Source of the DNA: an uncultured Bacteroidota bacterium
GTDB taxonomy: Bacteria > Bacteroidota > Bacteroidia > JADZBD01
DNA length: 64,000 nucleotides
Reading direction: 5' to 3'
Assembly: GCA_937924855.1 (NCBI GenBank)
Contig: CALEYQ010000071.1
Coordinates: 10,507 to 74,506, forward strand
In this document: in pieces, positions 28,035-39,023 of the stretch
How the letters are laid out: each line of letters starts with the position of its first letter
How positions within the stretch are numbered: position 1 is the first letter of the stretch
Made by a program: the position numbers and the translations under genes
Notes under the pieces: generated by a model
What the model saw: the letters and a program-made list of their open reading frames with translations, nothing else
What the model was told of the DNA's origin: nothing
Database searches by the model: none

Positions 28035-28325
28035 CTATTTTTTTTGGTGAATGTATTGTTTGATGTTGTTTACATATGCCTCAAAGGCTTTTATTCCCTT
28101 TTTGGTTATTTTGCATTCGGTAAGCGGATAATTATCCCGAAAGGATTTTTTTATCTCTATGTATCCCGCCTCGGCTAATTTATTCAATTGCACCGATAAA
28201 TTCCCCGCCGTGGATCCCGTTTTCTCCCGAAGCCAGGTAAATTCCGCCGCCCGCACCGATACCAATAACGAAACTACCGATAATCGCAACTGAGAATGCA
28301 AAACGGGATCAAGCGGTGCGAACAT
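28035..28325 (-). CDS. winged-helix (HTH_34/PadR-like) transcriptional regulator
   Basis: A 96-aa protein with an HTH region (FTWLREKTGSTAGNLSVQLNKLAEAGYIEIKK), commonly found with small membrane proteins. Confidence 0.65.
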   Translation of the reverse strand: MFAPLDPVLHSQLRLSVVSLLVSVRAAEFTWLREKTGSTAGNLSVQLNKLAEAGYIEIKKSFRDNYPLTECKITKKGIKAFEAYVNNIKQYIHQKK

Positions 28326-28905
28326 TTTTTTTGTATTGCATGTTCAACAAATGACCGGGTATTATATATCCAATCAAAACCGCAGCCGCTAACAGGATCA
28401 GCTGGTATTCAAAAGTCTGATAAAAGGCCAAAATCCCGAAAAACCAGTTTATTACCCCGCCGGCAATCAGCGGACGAAACCGCAACATGCCACCGCTGCA
28501 AAAAAGCCAGATGCCATACATCACTAAAACCAAAGGGTAGGTATTTTGCCGCAATAAGGGCATCATAAATAACACAATGAGCAGGGAAACGAGAAAAGCA
28601 ACCAACACATACATCATGTTTTTTTCAATGTAAGTTTTAGCGCCCTGCTTTTTGTCCATCTTCATACCGTATATCATGCTAACAATTCCTCCCGCAGGCA
28701 TCAAAACGGCCCAGGATAACCAGGGGTAGGGGTAGTTCAACATATACTGAAGAACATAATGGGTGGCCGCCGCCGCCAGTACCAGATATCCCCACAGCAA
28801 ATAGAAAAAACCGTTATCCTGTATGCCCTGACGGGCGTTCTCTATCATGCGGCCTATGATCTCAAGGCTCTGCTTCTCATCGCGAATGTCGTCGTTGATT
28901 TCCAT
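28309..28905 (-). CDS. hypothetical integral membrane protein (4-5 TM helices)
   Basis: Hydrophobic helices throughout. The start is set at the internal ATG (MEINDDIRDEKQ), because the longer track ORF would overlap the leuS stop. Confidence 0.55.
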   Translation of the reverse strand: MEINDDIRDEKQSLEIIGRMIENARQGIQDNGFFYLLWGYLVLAAAATHYVLQYMLNYPYPWLSWAVLMPAGGIVSMIYGMKMDKKQGAKTYIEKNMMYVLVAFLVSLLIVLFMMPLLRQNTYPLVLVMYGIWLFCSGGMLRFRPLIAGGVINWFFGILAFYQTFEYQLILLAAAVLIGYIIPGHLLNMQYKKNVRTA

Positions 28906-28999
28906 GACTGTTTGCTTTAAATTTATTGTAAAGATAGAGTAGTTTATAATATAAACCAAATATTCGGGACAAATTTTTTTAAAACCCTGAAACCGAGGG

Positions 29000-31969
29000 T
29001 TAAACAACTACATTCACGATCTTTCCGGGGACTACAATTACCTTTTTGGGAGATTTGCCATCCAGGTATTTGCCCGAAGCCTCGGCTTCCAAAACGGCTT
29101 TTTCAATTTCCTCTTTGCTCAATCCCGAAGGCAGTTCCATATTAAAGCGCATTTTTCCGTTAAACTGAATGGGGTAGGTAACGGTATCGTCTTTCAACCA
29201 GGTTTCATCCACCACCGGCCAGTCTACCATGGTAATGGATTGCAAATGCCCCATCATTTTCCAGACCTCCTCGGCAATGTGAGGTGCAAAGGGACTAATC
29301 ATTACGGCCAGGGGTTCAAGGATGGCCCGTTTGTTACATTTTAAATCGGTCAGCTCATTTACCGCAATCATAAAAGCACTTACACAGGTGTTGAAGCTTA
29401 GCTTCTCCATATCGCCGGTAATTTTATGCAGGGTTTTGTGCAGTACCTTTAATTCCTTCTCTGCCGCCTTTTCTTCAGAAACGCCGGCGGCATACAGCTT
29501 CCAGAATTTCTTCAGAAAATTATGCACCCCCGTTATGCCATTGGTGTTCCAGGGTTTACTCAGTTCCAAAGGACCCAAAAACATTTCGTACATGCGGAAG
29601 GTGTCGGCACCGTATTGGGTTAAAATTCCTGGCTGTTCAACTTTAGAAAACTCGATTAGAGCGCCATCAACTTCCTTGCTTCCCTTTGTTACCAAGTCAT
29701 CAGGAGAAACAACATTCAATTTGGATTTGGAAATTTTTTCAATTAGTCGAAAACAGGTTATTTTATTGTCCTCTTCGCCCAAATAATATGACTCTCCGCC
29801 CTCGTAAATAGATCCTTTAAATTTTAAAAGATCAAGTTGATCGGCAGGATTTACCATCCAAACCGGAACATATTTTTTGGCATAGAAAGTGTCAGGTGCT
29901 TTTTTAAATTTAATTTCTAAGGCATCAAAGGAGATTCCTTTGTTATGCTTTTTGTAAACATCAATTACCTCAGAAAAATCCCCAGTACGCTCAATTTTTT
30001 CGATAATTGATTTTGAGGCAAAAATTTGGGGATATGCAATTGGAGTACTCGCCCCTTTTTCCGGAGGAAGAATCCAGGCAATTTGCGCACTCTCTCCCTG
30101 AATCATCCCCTGGTTTACCAGCTTTTTTGCAGGTTCGTCTATCTCAAGATAACCCAGGTCTTTCAAAAACTTGGTCCAGAACCGCACATACAGCAAATGC
30201 CCCGTGGCATGCTCGCTGCCACCAATGTATAAATCAATATTGCCCCAGAATTGTAAGGCCTCTGCGCCTGCAAAGGCTTCTTCATTACCGGCATCCATAT
30301 ACCTCAGGTAATACCAGCTCGATCCGGCCCAACCCGGCATGGTGGTTTTTTCGTATTCGTATTTTCCTTTGTACTTCCAGCCTTTGGCACGTGCCAGGGG
30401 AGGCTCTCCGGTTTCGGTAGGCAGGTACTTATCTATTTCAGGTAATTCAAGTGGCAATTCATTTTCTGAAAGTGCTTTCGGTATTCCATTTTCATAAAAC
30501 ACCGGAATGGGCTCGCCCCAATAACGCTGCCTGCCAAAGATGGCATCGCGCAAACGGTAATTTACTTTTCCCTTCCCCAGTTCCCGCGATTCTATTTCTC
30601 CTATTATTTTCTTTATGGCATCGGGTACTTTCAAACCGTTCAGAAAAGCTGAATTTATGATTTCACCTTCCTTGCTGTCGTAACTTTCCTGCTGTATGTC
30701 AAGCCCCTCAGGTGCTTTTACCACTTCCACAATATCCAAACCGAAATGCCTGGCAAAAGCATGGTCGCGGCTGTCGTGCCCCGGAACGGCCATCACAGCT
30801 CCGGTGCCGTATCCTGCCAATACATAATCTCCGGTCCAGATGGGGATGGTTTTTCCGGTGAAGGGATGTTTTGCATAAGCCCCCGTAAACTCCCCGGTAA
30901 TTTTTTTCACCTCCATCATCCTTTCTCTTTCACTCCGGGCGGCGGCTTTTTTACAATAGGCTCCAAGGGCTGCTTTGCGGTCGGCGGTACAAATTTCCTG
31001 AAGCAATTCATGTTCAGGTGCCAATACCATAAATGTGGCCCCGAAAATGGTATCGGGCCGTGTGGTAAATACCTCAATAAATTTTTCGCTGCCTTCTACC
31101 TGAAATTTTACTGAAGCTCCCTCGCTTTTTCCTATCCAGTTGCGCTGGGAATCTTTTATGCTTTCGCTCCATTGAATTTCTTCCAGTCCCTGCAACAGGC
31201 GATCGGCATAGGCGGTAATCCGTAAACTCCATTGGGGCATCAGTTTTCGTTCCACGGGATATCCACCGCGTTCAGAAACCCCGTCTTTTACTTCTTCATT
31301 GGCCAGCACGGTTCCCAGTTGCGGACACCAGTTCACAAAAGTCTCGCTCAGGTAGGCCAGGCGGTACTGCATCAGCACATCAGATTTTTCTTTTTCGGAA
31401 AAGTTTTTCCATTGCAGCGCGCTGAAAACAGGATTTTCGGAACCACCGGCCTTTACCTCTGCACTGCCATCTTTCTCAAAACGTGCAATTAAACTTTCCA
31501 GGGGCTCAGCCCGCTTGCTTTCGGTATTGTACCAGCTGTTGAACAGTTTTAAAAAGATCCATTGGGTCCAGCGGTAGTATTTCGGATCGGAAGTTTTTAC
31601 CTCCCGGCTCCAGTCGTAGGAAAATCCCATAAGGTCGAGCTGTTCCCGGTACCTTTTAATATTTTCTTCAGTGGTTTTTGCGGGATGTTGTCCGGTTTGA
31701 ATGGCATATTGCTCGGCGGGCAATCCAAAGGAATCGTAACCCATGGGATGTAATACTTTGCAGCCCTGATGCCGTTTGAATCGAGCCACAATGTCGCCCG
31801 CAATATAACCCAGGGGATGGCCCACATGTAAGCCTGCACCCGAGGGGTAAGGAAACATCTCGAGCACATAATACCGGGGTTTGCTGCCTCCGTTTTCAAT
31901 CCGGTAGGTATTGTTTTTCCGCCAGTATTCCTGCCAATCTTTTTCTATACGTCTGAAGTCGTAATCCAT
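29000..31969 (-). CDS. leuS: leucine--tRNA ligase
   Basis: HIGH motif (PYPSGAGLHVGHPLGY), a KMSKS-like motif (VPVWMVNPADQL region), the CP1 editing domain and overall length. The start is taken at MDYDFRRIEKDWQ. Confidence 0.92.
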   Translation of the reverse strand: MDYDFRRIEKDWQEYWRKNNTYRIENGGSKPRYYVLEMFPYPSGAGLHVGHPLGYIAGDIVARFKRHQGCKVLHPMGYDSFGLPAEQYAIQTGQHPAKTTEENIKRYREQLDLMGFSYDWSREVKTSDPKYYRWTQWIFLKLFNSWYNTESKRAEPLESLIARFEKDGSAEVKAGGSENPVFSALQWKNFSEKEKSDVLMQYRLAYLSETFVNWCPQLGTVLANEEVKDGVSERGGYPVERKLMPQWSLRITAYADRLLQGLEEIQWSESIKDSQRNWIGKSEGASVKFQVEGSEKFIEVFTTRPDTIFGATFMVLAPEHELLQEICTADRKAALGAYCKKAAARSERERMMEVKKITGEFTGAYAKHPFTGKTIPIWTGDYVLAGYGTGAVMAVPGHDSRDHAFARHFGLDIVEVVKAPEGLDIQQESYDSKEGEIINSAFLNGLKVPDAIKKIIGEIESRELGKGKVNYRLRDAIFGRQRYWGEPIPVFYENGIPKALSENELPLELPEIDKYLPTETGEPPLARAKGWKYKGKYEYEKTTMPGWAGSSWYYLRYMDAGNEEAFAGAEALQFWGNIDLYIGGSEHATGHLLYVRFWTKFLKDLGYLEIDEPAKKLVNQGMIQGESAQIAWILPPEKGASTPIAYPQIFASKSIIEKIERTGDFSEVIDVYKKHNKGISFDALEIKFKKAPDTFYAKKYVPVWMVNPADQLDLLKFKGSIYEGGESYYLGEEDNKITCFRLIEKISKSKLNVVSPDDLVTKGSKEVDGALIEFSKVEQPGILTQYGADTFRMYEMFLGPLELSKPWNTNGITGVHNFLKKFWKLYAAGVSEEKAAEKELKVLHKTLHKITGDMEKLSFNTCVSAFMIAVNELTDLKCNKRAILEPLAVMISPFAPHIAEEVWKMMGHLQSITMVDWPVVDETWLKDDTVTYPIQFNGKMRFNMELPSGLSKEEIEKAVLEAEASGKYLDGKSPKKVIVVPGKIVNVVV

Positions 31970-32130
31970 GCTTCGTTCTCCCGGCGAATTTAACATTTTT
32001 CATGGGTAATAATGAGGGTAATTTGATCCCTGTATTTCTCTTTTCAACATTTTGCCGTTCAAACAAATTACCCTCCATTCCTCCTTTTTGAAGGGCAGGG
32101 TGGGGGGTTATTTTGTAATTTCGCTTTCAC

Positions 32131-33000
32131 ATGGCCGATAAATACAACCGTCGACGTACCCGCTCTGCATCGGTAACTACCGTGATCAGTCTTTCCCTGG
32201 TGCTTTTTATGCTGGGAATGCTGGGCTTTCTGGTGCTTTCGGCCAAAAAAGTGAGCGATTACTTTAAGGAAAATATCCCCTTTCAGTGTTACATCCGAGA
32301 GGATGCCTCCGAGGCGGATATCCGGAAATTTCAGAAAACCCTCGAAGCCAGCCGCTATGTGAAGTCCGCCGCATATATTTCCCGGGAAGACGCCCTGGAA
32401 ATTTATAAAAAGGATGTGGGTGAAGATTTCCTCCCGCTATTGGGAAAAAATATTCTTCCCGCCAGCCTCGACCTTCATCTGGTTGCGGCCTACGCCCATG
32501 CCGACAGCATTGCCTGGATAAAAAAAGACATTATGGAAAGCGGCCTGGTAAGTGAGTTCCGCTATGTGGAAAGTCTGGTCACCAAAATAAACGACAATCT
32601 GGGCAAGGTATCACTGGTTTTTTTGCTGATCATAGGAGTTCTTTCCATCATTGCCATTGCCTTGATAAATAATACCATTCGCCTGGCCATCTATTCCAAG
32701 CGGTTTATCATAAAAACCATGCAATTGGTGGGAGCCACAGCAGGATTTATTTCCCGACCCTTCCTGCTTCAGGGAGTTCTCCAGGGAATTTACGGCGCCC
32801 TCCTGGCGATGATTTTTCTGGCCGGATCGGTTTATTTTCTGAAACGGGGAATACCCGATTTACTTCAGGTGCTCGACGAGCGCCTCTTCCTCGGGCTGTT
32901 TGGCCTCATACTCGTTTCGGGAATACTCATATCTTTGGCATCCACTTTTTTTGCCGTCAGGAAATACCTGCGCCTGCGACGCGATGATTTGTATAATTAA
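32131..33000 (+). CDS. ftsX: cell division protein FtsX-like permease
   Basis: N-terminal TM, a periplasmic domain, and three C-terminal TM helices with the FtsX fold. Confidence 0.8.
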   Translation: MADKYNRRRTRSASVTTVISLSLVLFMLGMLGFLVLSAKKVSDYFKENIPFQCYIREDASEADIRKFQKTLEASRYVKSAAYISREDALEIYKKDVGEDFLPLLGKNILPASLDLHLVAAYAHADSIAWIKKDIMESGLVSEFRYVESLVTKINDNLGKVSLVFLLIIGVLSIIAIALINNTIRLAIYSKRFIIKTMQLVGATAGFISRPFLLQGVLQGIYGALLAMIFLAGSVYFLKRGIPDLLQVLDERLFLGLFGLILVSGILISLASTFFAVRKYLRLRRDDLYN

Positions 33001-33010
33001 ATTTTGAACC

Positions 33011-33247
33011 ATGAACGATTTCAGAAAACCCGGTTTTGCCTTCGGAAAAGAAAATTACCTGATTATGATTGCAGGTGTGGTTTTAGTGGCCATAGGCATG
33101 TTGCTCATGATGGGAGGCGGCAGCGATGACCCCAATGTGTTCAGCGAGGAAATTTTCAGCACCCGACGCATTACCATTGCCCCCCTGGTAATCCTGGCCG
33201 GATTTGGCGTTGTGCTTTATTCCATCGTTAAGAAACCCAAGGCCTAA
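33011..33247 (+). CDS. DUF3098-family small membrane protein
   Basis: A 78-aa, 2-TM protein immediately downstream of ftsX, a pairing conserved in Bacteroidota. Confidence 0.65.
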   Translation: MNDFRKPGFAFGKENYLIMIAGVVLVAIGMLLMMGGGSDDPNVFSEEIFSTRRITIAPLVILAGFGVVLYSIVKKPKA

Positions 33248-33260
33248 TTAATCCAGTTCT

Positions 33261-34064
33261 ATGAGCTTTGCGGAAGCGGTGGTGCTTGCCATCATTGAAG
33301 GTCTTTCCGAATTCCTGCCCATATCTTCCACCGGACACATGATTATCGGGTCGACCCTGATGGGCATTGCCTCTGATGATTTTGTGAAATTATTTACCGT
33401 TGCCATTCAGTTTGGAGCCATCCTCTCGGTTATTGCACTCTATTACAAACGCTTTTTCCGCTCCTTTGATTTTTATTTTCGCCTGGGTGTTGGTTTTATC
33501 CCCGCAGCCATTGCCGGCCTGCTCCTGAAAAAACACATCGATGCCCTGCTTGAAAATGTTTTGGTGGTGGGGATTGCTCTTTTTGCAGGGGGGATAATTT
33601 TTCTGTTTATCGACAAATGGTTTCCCGGTAAGGATGACAAGGAAGAGCCCGAAACGGAAGTGCCCTACAGTTCGGCATTTATCATTGGTTGTTTTCAGGT
33701 GATTGCCATGATTCCCGGGGTGTCGCGATCGGCCGCTACCATCATTGGAGGATTAACGAGAGGACTGAGCCGGAAAAGAGCCGCTGAATTTTCATTCTTT
33801 CTAGCGGTTCCCACCATGTTTGCAGCTACCTGTAAATCCTTGTACGATTATATCAAAGACGGCGGCAGTTTTACCTCCGAACACCTGAATCTATTTCTGG
33901 TTGGAAATGCCGTTGCCTTTATTGTGGCTGCCATTGCCATTAAATCGTTTATTGCCTTTCTGAATAACCACGGATTTAAAGCCTTTGGCTATTACCGCCT
34001 GGTGGTGGGCGGTTTAATTATTGCCCTTTTCTATATGGGTGTGAACCTTCGTATCATTGACTGA
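33261..34064 (+). CDS. uppP: undecaprenyl-diphosphatase
   Basis: [16 protein letters not shown] motif and a BacA-family membrane topology. Confidence 0.88.
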   Translation: MSFAEAVVLAIIEGLSEFLPISSTGHMIIGSTLMGIASDDFVKLFTVAIQFGAILSVIALYYKRFFRSFDFYFRLGVGFIPAAIAGLLLKKHIDALLENVLVVGIALFAGGIIFLFIDKWFPGKDDKEEPETEVPYSSAFIIGCFQVIAMIPGVSRSAATIIGGLTRGLSRKRAAEFSFFLAVPTMFAATCKSLYDYIKDGGSFTSEHLNLFLVGNAVAFIVAAIAIKSFIAFLNNHGFKAFGYYRLVVGGLIIALFYMGVNLRIID

Positions 34065-34785
34065 TATTCCCTTTATACAGCCCGATCAGGGGGCATTAAT
34101 TCTGGTTAATAAGCCTCTTACATGGACTTCTTTTGATGTGGTTCAGAAAATAAAGTGGACCCTTAAATTTTTTTACGGCAAGGATATTAAAGTAGGTCAT
34201 GCCGGAACCCTCGACCCGCTGGCCAGCGGACTATTGGTAATTTGCACCGGTAAAATGACACGGCAGATTGATCAGTTCCAGGCCGGCGAAAAGGAATATA
34301 CCGGAACTTTTTACATGGGTGCCACAACGCCATCGCTTGACCACGAAACCCCAATTGAAAAGGAATTTCCTGCAGCCCACCTGAATCTTACATTGCTTCA
34401 GGAAGCAGCCGGTAAATTTCTGGGCGAACAGGATCAAATCCCCCCTCTGCATTCCGCCAAATGGATTGACGGAAAAAGAGCCTATAAAATTGCCCGTGCC
34501 GGCAAAGAAGCCGATGTGCCTCCGGCCCGGGTAACTATTCATGAGTTTGAAATAACTGCCTTCGAACCCCCGCTCGTTCATTTTAGGGTAGTGTGCAGTA
34601 AGGGAACCTACATCCGTTCCCTGGCGCGCGATTTTGGCCTGGCATGTAACTCAGCGGCTTTTTTGAATTCGCTGGTGAGAACCCGGAGCGGATCCTTTTC
34701 ACTGAAGGACGCCTATGAAGTGGAGGAATTTTGCGCTCTTTTTCCTGCACAGTTTTCACGCGAGGAAGTAAAAAGAAAGAAATAA
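34057..34785 (+). CDS. truB: tRNA pseudouridine(55) synthase
   Basis: [23 protein letters not shown] catalytic Asp motif. Confidence 0.88.
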   Translation: MTDIPFIQPDQGALILVNKPLTWTSFDVVQKIKWTLKFFYGKDIKVGHAGTLDPLASGLLVICTGKMTRQIDQFQAGEKEYTGTFYMGATTPSLDHETPIEKEFPAAHLNLTLLQEAAGKFLGEQDQIPPLHSAKWIDGKRAYKIARAGKEADVPPARVTIHEFEITAFEPPLVHFRVVCSKGTYIRSLARDFGLACNSAAFLNSLVRTRSGSFSLKDAYEVEEFCALFPAQFSREEVKRKK

Positions 34786-34800
34786 ATCAAAGCCTTATCT

Positions 34801-36081
34801 TTGACTCCTATGAATTTTGAGTATTCGGAAGATTTTGCGAAAAAACAGGATGCTGCTGATGAACTGAAAAGCTTCAGGGAAAAATTTTACTTTCCCCAGC
34901 TGGAAGGGAAAGATGTGGTTTATTTCACCGGGAACTCATTGGGACTTCAGCCCAAAACGGTTCAGGATTATGTGTTGAATGAATTGGAAGACTGGGCCGG
35001 ATTCGGTGTTGAAGGTCACCTTCATGCCCGTAAACCCTGGCTTCCCTATCACGAACAATTCAGTCCCCTCCTGGCGAAAATTACGGGGGCTTTGCCTGAA
35101 GAAGTGGTGGCCATGAACCAGCTAACCGTGAACCTTCACCTGCTCATGGTTTCTTTTTACCGGCCTTCCGGCAGAAGGAATAAAATTCTCTGCGAAAACC
35201 GGCCCTTCTCTTCCGACCAATATGCACTCGAAAGTCAGGCCCGCTTTCATAACCTGAATCCCGGTGAAACGGTTATTGAAATGAGTCCCCGCAAGGGAGA
35301 GTATTGTTTGCGAACCGAAGATATTCTTTCCAAAATAGAAGAGCTTGGCGAAGAGCTTGCGCTCGTGATGTTCGGTGGTGTTAATTATTTTACGGGTCAG
35401 AAGTTCAACATGGAAAAAATCACGGCAGCGGCTCACAAGGTGGGTGCCATCGCCGGTTTCGACCTGGCTCATGCCGCCGGAAATGTGGAGCTCAGACTTC
35501 ACGACTGGAATGTGGATTTTGCCTGCTGGTGCTCTTACAAATATTTGAACTCAGGACCCGGTAGTGTAGCCGGTGCATTCGTGCATAAAAACCATCATGG
35601 AAAAAATCTTCCCATGTTTGCCGGCTGGTGGGGTCACGATAAAGACAGCCGGTTCAAAATGGAAAAAGGGTTTAAGCCCATTCCCACCGCAGAGGCCTGG
35701 CAGCTGAGCAATGCTCCGGTTTTATCCATGGCCGCTCATAAAGCCTCGCTCGATATTTTTGAGGAAGCCGGAATGAGCCGCCTGCTCAAAAAGCAAAAAG
35801 CCCTGACGGCTTATCTTGAATTCGTTTTGCGGGAAGTAGCTAAACGAAAAAACAAAAATCTTGAAATTATTACGCCTGCCGCCGAAGATGAAAGAGGTTG
35901 CCAGATTAGTGTGGTTGCTCATGGAATGGGAAAGGAGTTATTCGCAAGCCTGATTTCGCAGGGGGTAATTTCAGATTGGCGCGAACCCAATGTAATCCGG
36001 ATGGCTCCGGTTCCGCTTTATAATTCTTTCGAAGATGTTTTCCGTTTCGGAAAAATTCTGGAGCACTGCCTGAGCAGCTGA
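34801..36081 (+). CDS. kynU: kynureninase
   Basis: Class-V PLP fold with conserved kynureninase blocks (YFTGNSLGLQPK, FDLAHAAGNVEL, WCSYKYLNSGPG). Confidence 0.88.
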   Translation: MTPMNFEYSEDFAKKQDAADELKSFREKFYFPQLEGKDVVYFTGNSLGLQPKTVQDYVLNELEDWAGFGVEGHLHARKPWLPYHEQFSPLLAKITGALPEEVVAMNQLTVNLHLLMVSFYRPSGRRNKILCENRPFSSDQYALESQARFHNLNPGETVIEMSPRKGEYCLRTEDILSKIEELGEELALVMFGGVNYFTGQKFNMEKITAAAHKVGAIAGFDLAHAAGNVELRLHDWNVDFACWCSYKYLNSGPGSVAGAFVHKNHHGKNLPMFAGWWGHDKDSRFKMEKGFKPIPTAEAWQLSNAPVLSMAAHKASLDIFEEAGMSRLLKKQKALTAYLEFVLREVAKRKNKNLEIITPAAEDERGCQISVVAHGMGKELFASLISQGVISDWREPNVIRMAPVPLYNSFEDVFRFGKILEHCLSS

Positions 36082-36084
36082 GGA

Positions 36085-37308
36085 TTATACTTTTTCCGCT
36101 GCTTTTTTTCCTGTCTTCCGTCCCGGATACACTTTTAAAGCTTCATCCAGGCATTCCATGGCTTTTTTCAAATCATCGAGATTAAGAACATAAGCAATGC
36201 GTACTTCATCTTTTCCGGCACCCGGAGTGGAATAAAATCCGGTGGCGGGAGCAAACATCACCGTGTTCCCATCGTGAGAAAACGATTCAAGAAGCCATTG
36301 GCAAAACACATCCGCATCGTCGATGGGAAGCCGGGCAATACAATAAAAAGCGCCCCTTGGGTTCGGACAGAAAACCCCGGGCATTTTAGACAGGGCTTCA
36401 ATTACAAAATTTCTGCGCAGGGTATATTCTTTATTTACTTCTTCAAAATAGGAGGGAGGGGTGGAAAGGGCGGCTTCGGCACCAATTTGTCCGAAGGTAG
36501 GCGGACTCAACCTTGCCTGGGCAAATTTCATGGCCCCCTTCATCACTTCTTTGTTGTGCGAAACCATAGCTCCAATCCTTGCTCCACAGGCTGAATAGCG
36601 CTTGGAAATAGAATCAACCAGCACCACATTTTGCTGAACGCCTTCCAGATGCAAAACGGAAATGTATTTGCTTCCATCGTAGGTAAACTCACGATACACT
36701 TCATCACTGATTAAAAAGAGGTCGTGTTTGAGAATTAGATTTTTCAGTTTTTCCAATTCTTCACGGGTGTACAGATAGCCGGTTGGATTCCCCGGATTGC
36801 AAATCATTATGCCCCGGGTTTTGGGCGTAATCAGATGTTCAAATTCTTCAATCGGAGGAAGCGCAAAACCGGTTTCGATATAGGATCGGATGGGTTTTAC
36901 AATAATATCGGCTGCGGTTGAAAACCCGTTGTAGTTGGCATAAAAGGGTTCGGGAATAATTATTTCATCGCCGGGGTTGAAGCAGGTCATCAATGCAAAG
37001 GAAATGGCTTCCGATCCGCCGTTGGTAATGATGATTTCTTCAGGACCTACATGAATACCGTGGGAACCGTAATACTTCGCAAGTGCAATACGGTAAGATT
37101 CATTGCCTGCCGAATGGGAATACTCCAGCACTTTTAAATCTGAATTCTTTATGGCATCGAGATAAACGGGCGGAGTTTCAATGTCGGGTTGCCCGATGTT
37201 TAAATGGAAAATATGAACTCCCTTTTTTTTGGCGGCCTCGGCATACGGAACCAGTTTCCGGATGGGAGAGGGGGGCATGGCCTGTGCTTTTTTCGAAATT
37301 CCCGGCAT
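36085..37308 (-). CDS. class I/II PLP-dependent aminotransferase (aspartate/alanine aminotransferase-like)
   Basis: MPPSPIRKL N-terminal region and a PLP-Lys region (SKRYSACGARIG). Confidence 0.8.
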   Translation of the reverse strand: MPGISKKAQAMPPSPIRKLVPYAEAAKKKGVHIFHLNIGQPDIETPPVYLDAIKNSDLKVLEYSHSAGNESYRIALAKYYGSHGIHVGPEEIIITNGGSEAISFALMTCFNPGDEIIIPEPFYANYNGFSTAADIIVKPIRSYIETGFALPPIEEFEHLITPKTRGIMICNPGNPTGYLYTREELEKLKNLILKHDLFLISDEVYREFTYDGSKYISVLHLEGVQQNVVLVDSISKRYSACGARIGAMVSHNKEVMKGAMKFAQARLSPPTFGQIGAEAALSTPPSYFEEVNKEYTLRRNFVIEALSKMPGVFCPNPRGAFYCIARLPIDDADVFCQWLLESFSHDGNTVMFAPATGFYSTPGAGKDEVRIAYVLNLDDLKKAMECLDEALKVYPGRKTGKKAAEKV

Positions 37309-37414
37309 TATCTGTCAGTTTTGGGCCTTAAAGATAGGGTTTTACCCCTTTTTTTTCGTCCAAATTTTAGGGAATTTGATGCCCGAACCTTACCTTTAAT
37401 ACTCATTTTTCGCC

Positions 37415-39019
37415 ATGAAACCCCTTTTTATTTTACTCCTTGTTTCGGGATTAATGCAAGGTCAGGTAAATTTTACTTCTTCTAACCTGCCCATTGTGGT
37501 TATTAATACCAACAGCCAGACAATCCAGGACACGGTTCGCATCATTGCCAACATGGGCATTATCTATAACGGCCCCGGCAACCGGAATTATATGACCGAC
37601 CCCTTTAATCATTACAACGGAAAAATTTCCATTGAAATCAGGGGAAGTACTTCACAGCAATATCCCAAAAAATCATACGGTCTGGAAACCCAGGATAATT
37701 TTGGAAACAACCTCGATACTGCGCTGCTGGGAATGCCCCGGGAAAACGACTGGATTCTTTACGGAGCCTACCCCGATAAAACGCTTATGCGTAATGAAAT
37801 TTGCTACGACCTGTTCCGGGACATGGGAAGGTATTGTGCCCGATACCATTTTGTGGAACTGGTAATCAATGGGCAGTACCGGGGCGTTTATTCCTTTATG
37901 GAAAAGCTTAAGCGGGACAAAAACCGGATTGATGTTTCAAAAGTCACCCCCGCTGATACAAGCGGAGATCAGCTTACCGGCGGCTACATCATGAAGGTGG
38001 ATAAACTTACCGGCTCCTCGAATACCATAATCCAGTCGCCCTATAATGTTAAGGTAAAATACCTTTACCACGATCCTGAGGATACCGAGTTGCTGACGGT
38101 GCAGCAGAACTATATAAAAAACTACATTCTCAACTTTGAAAATGTAATGTGGGGTTCCAACTTTGCCAACCCCACCACCGGATACCCTTCACTTATTGAG
38201 CCCAATTCTTTTATTGATTTCATGTTGATGCAGGAACTGGGAAGAACCGTGGATGGTTATCGCTCCAGCTCCTTTTTGTACAAAAAGAAAGATTCCAAGG
38301 GCGGTCTCCTGCATGCGGGTCCTATGTGGGATTTTAATCTTTCCTATGGGAACGCCAACTACTGCGATGCATTCGACACCACAGGATGGCGATGGAATTT
38401 CAATACGGTTTGTCCGAATTTTTCTTCCGCCATTCCTTTCTGGTGGAATAAATTTTTGCAGGACACCTCTTACACCCACCTGCTTCGTTGCCGCTGGGAG
38501 TGGCTGAGGCTAACGGTACTCCATACCGATTCCATGAATGCCCGCATCGATTCTCTCGCCGCCAAATTAAATGAGTCGCGGGTAAGAAATTTTCAGCAAT
38601 GGCCAATTTTGGGTGTCTATGTTAACTGGAATCACTTTGTGGGCAATACCTGGCAGGAAGAACTCGACTACCTGAAATGGTGGTTTAAAGCCCGCAGCGA
38701 ATGGATGGATCAGAATGTACCCGGATATTGCTGGAACCTCTCGGTTCCCACGACCCAACAACCTGTTTCCGGTATTATTACCCAGCCTAACCCTGCTGCC
38801 GGATATTTCTATCTCAATTGGAAGGGAAACAATATTTTAACCGGAGGCTCGGTTCAGATTATGGATGTTCAGGGAAAAACCATTTACAGCAAGTCCGGTA
38901 TAACAGAATCTCCACTGCTTATTGAGACCGAAACCTGGTCGCCGGGACTTTATTTTATACGGGTTCAGGGCAATGACGGGAAATCATATTCCGTACGCCT
39001 GGTTTCTGTTCCAAGATAA
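37415..39019 (+). CDS. CotH-family atypical protein kinase with T9SS C-terminal sorting domain
   Basis: Signal peptide, a CotH kinase-like core (YRGVYSFMEKL...PMWDFNLSYGN), and a CTD (PNPAAGYFYLNW...GLYFIRVQGN). Confidence 0.7.
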   Translation: MKPLFILLLVSGLMQGQVNFTSSNLPIVVINTNSQTIQDTVRIIANMGIIYNGPGNRNYMTDPFNHYNGKISIEIRGSTSQQYPKKSYGLETQDNFGNNLDTALLGMPRENDWILYGAYPDKTLMRNEICYDLFRDMGRYCARYHFVELVINGQYRGVYSFMEKLKRDKNRIDVSKVTPADTSGDQLTGGYIMKVDKLTGSSNTIIQSPYNVKVKYLYHDPEDTELLTVQQNYIKNYILNFENVMWGSNFANPTTGYPSLIEPNSFIDFMLMQELGRTVDGYRSSSFLYKKKDSKGGLLHAGPMWDFNLSYGNANYCDAFDTTGWRWNFNTVCPNFSSAIPFWWNKFLQDTSYTHLLRCRWEWLRLTVLHTDSMNARIDSLAAKLNESRVRNFQQWPILGVYVNWNHFVGNTWQEELDYLKWWFKARSEWMDQNVPGYCWNLSVPTTQQPVSGIITQPNPAAGYFYLNWKGNNILTGGSVQIMDVQGKTIYSKSGITESPLLIETETWSPGLYFIRVQGNDGKSYSVRLVSVPR

Positions 39020-39023
39020 AATT

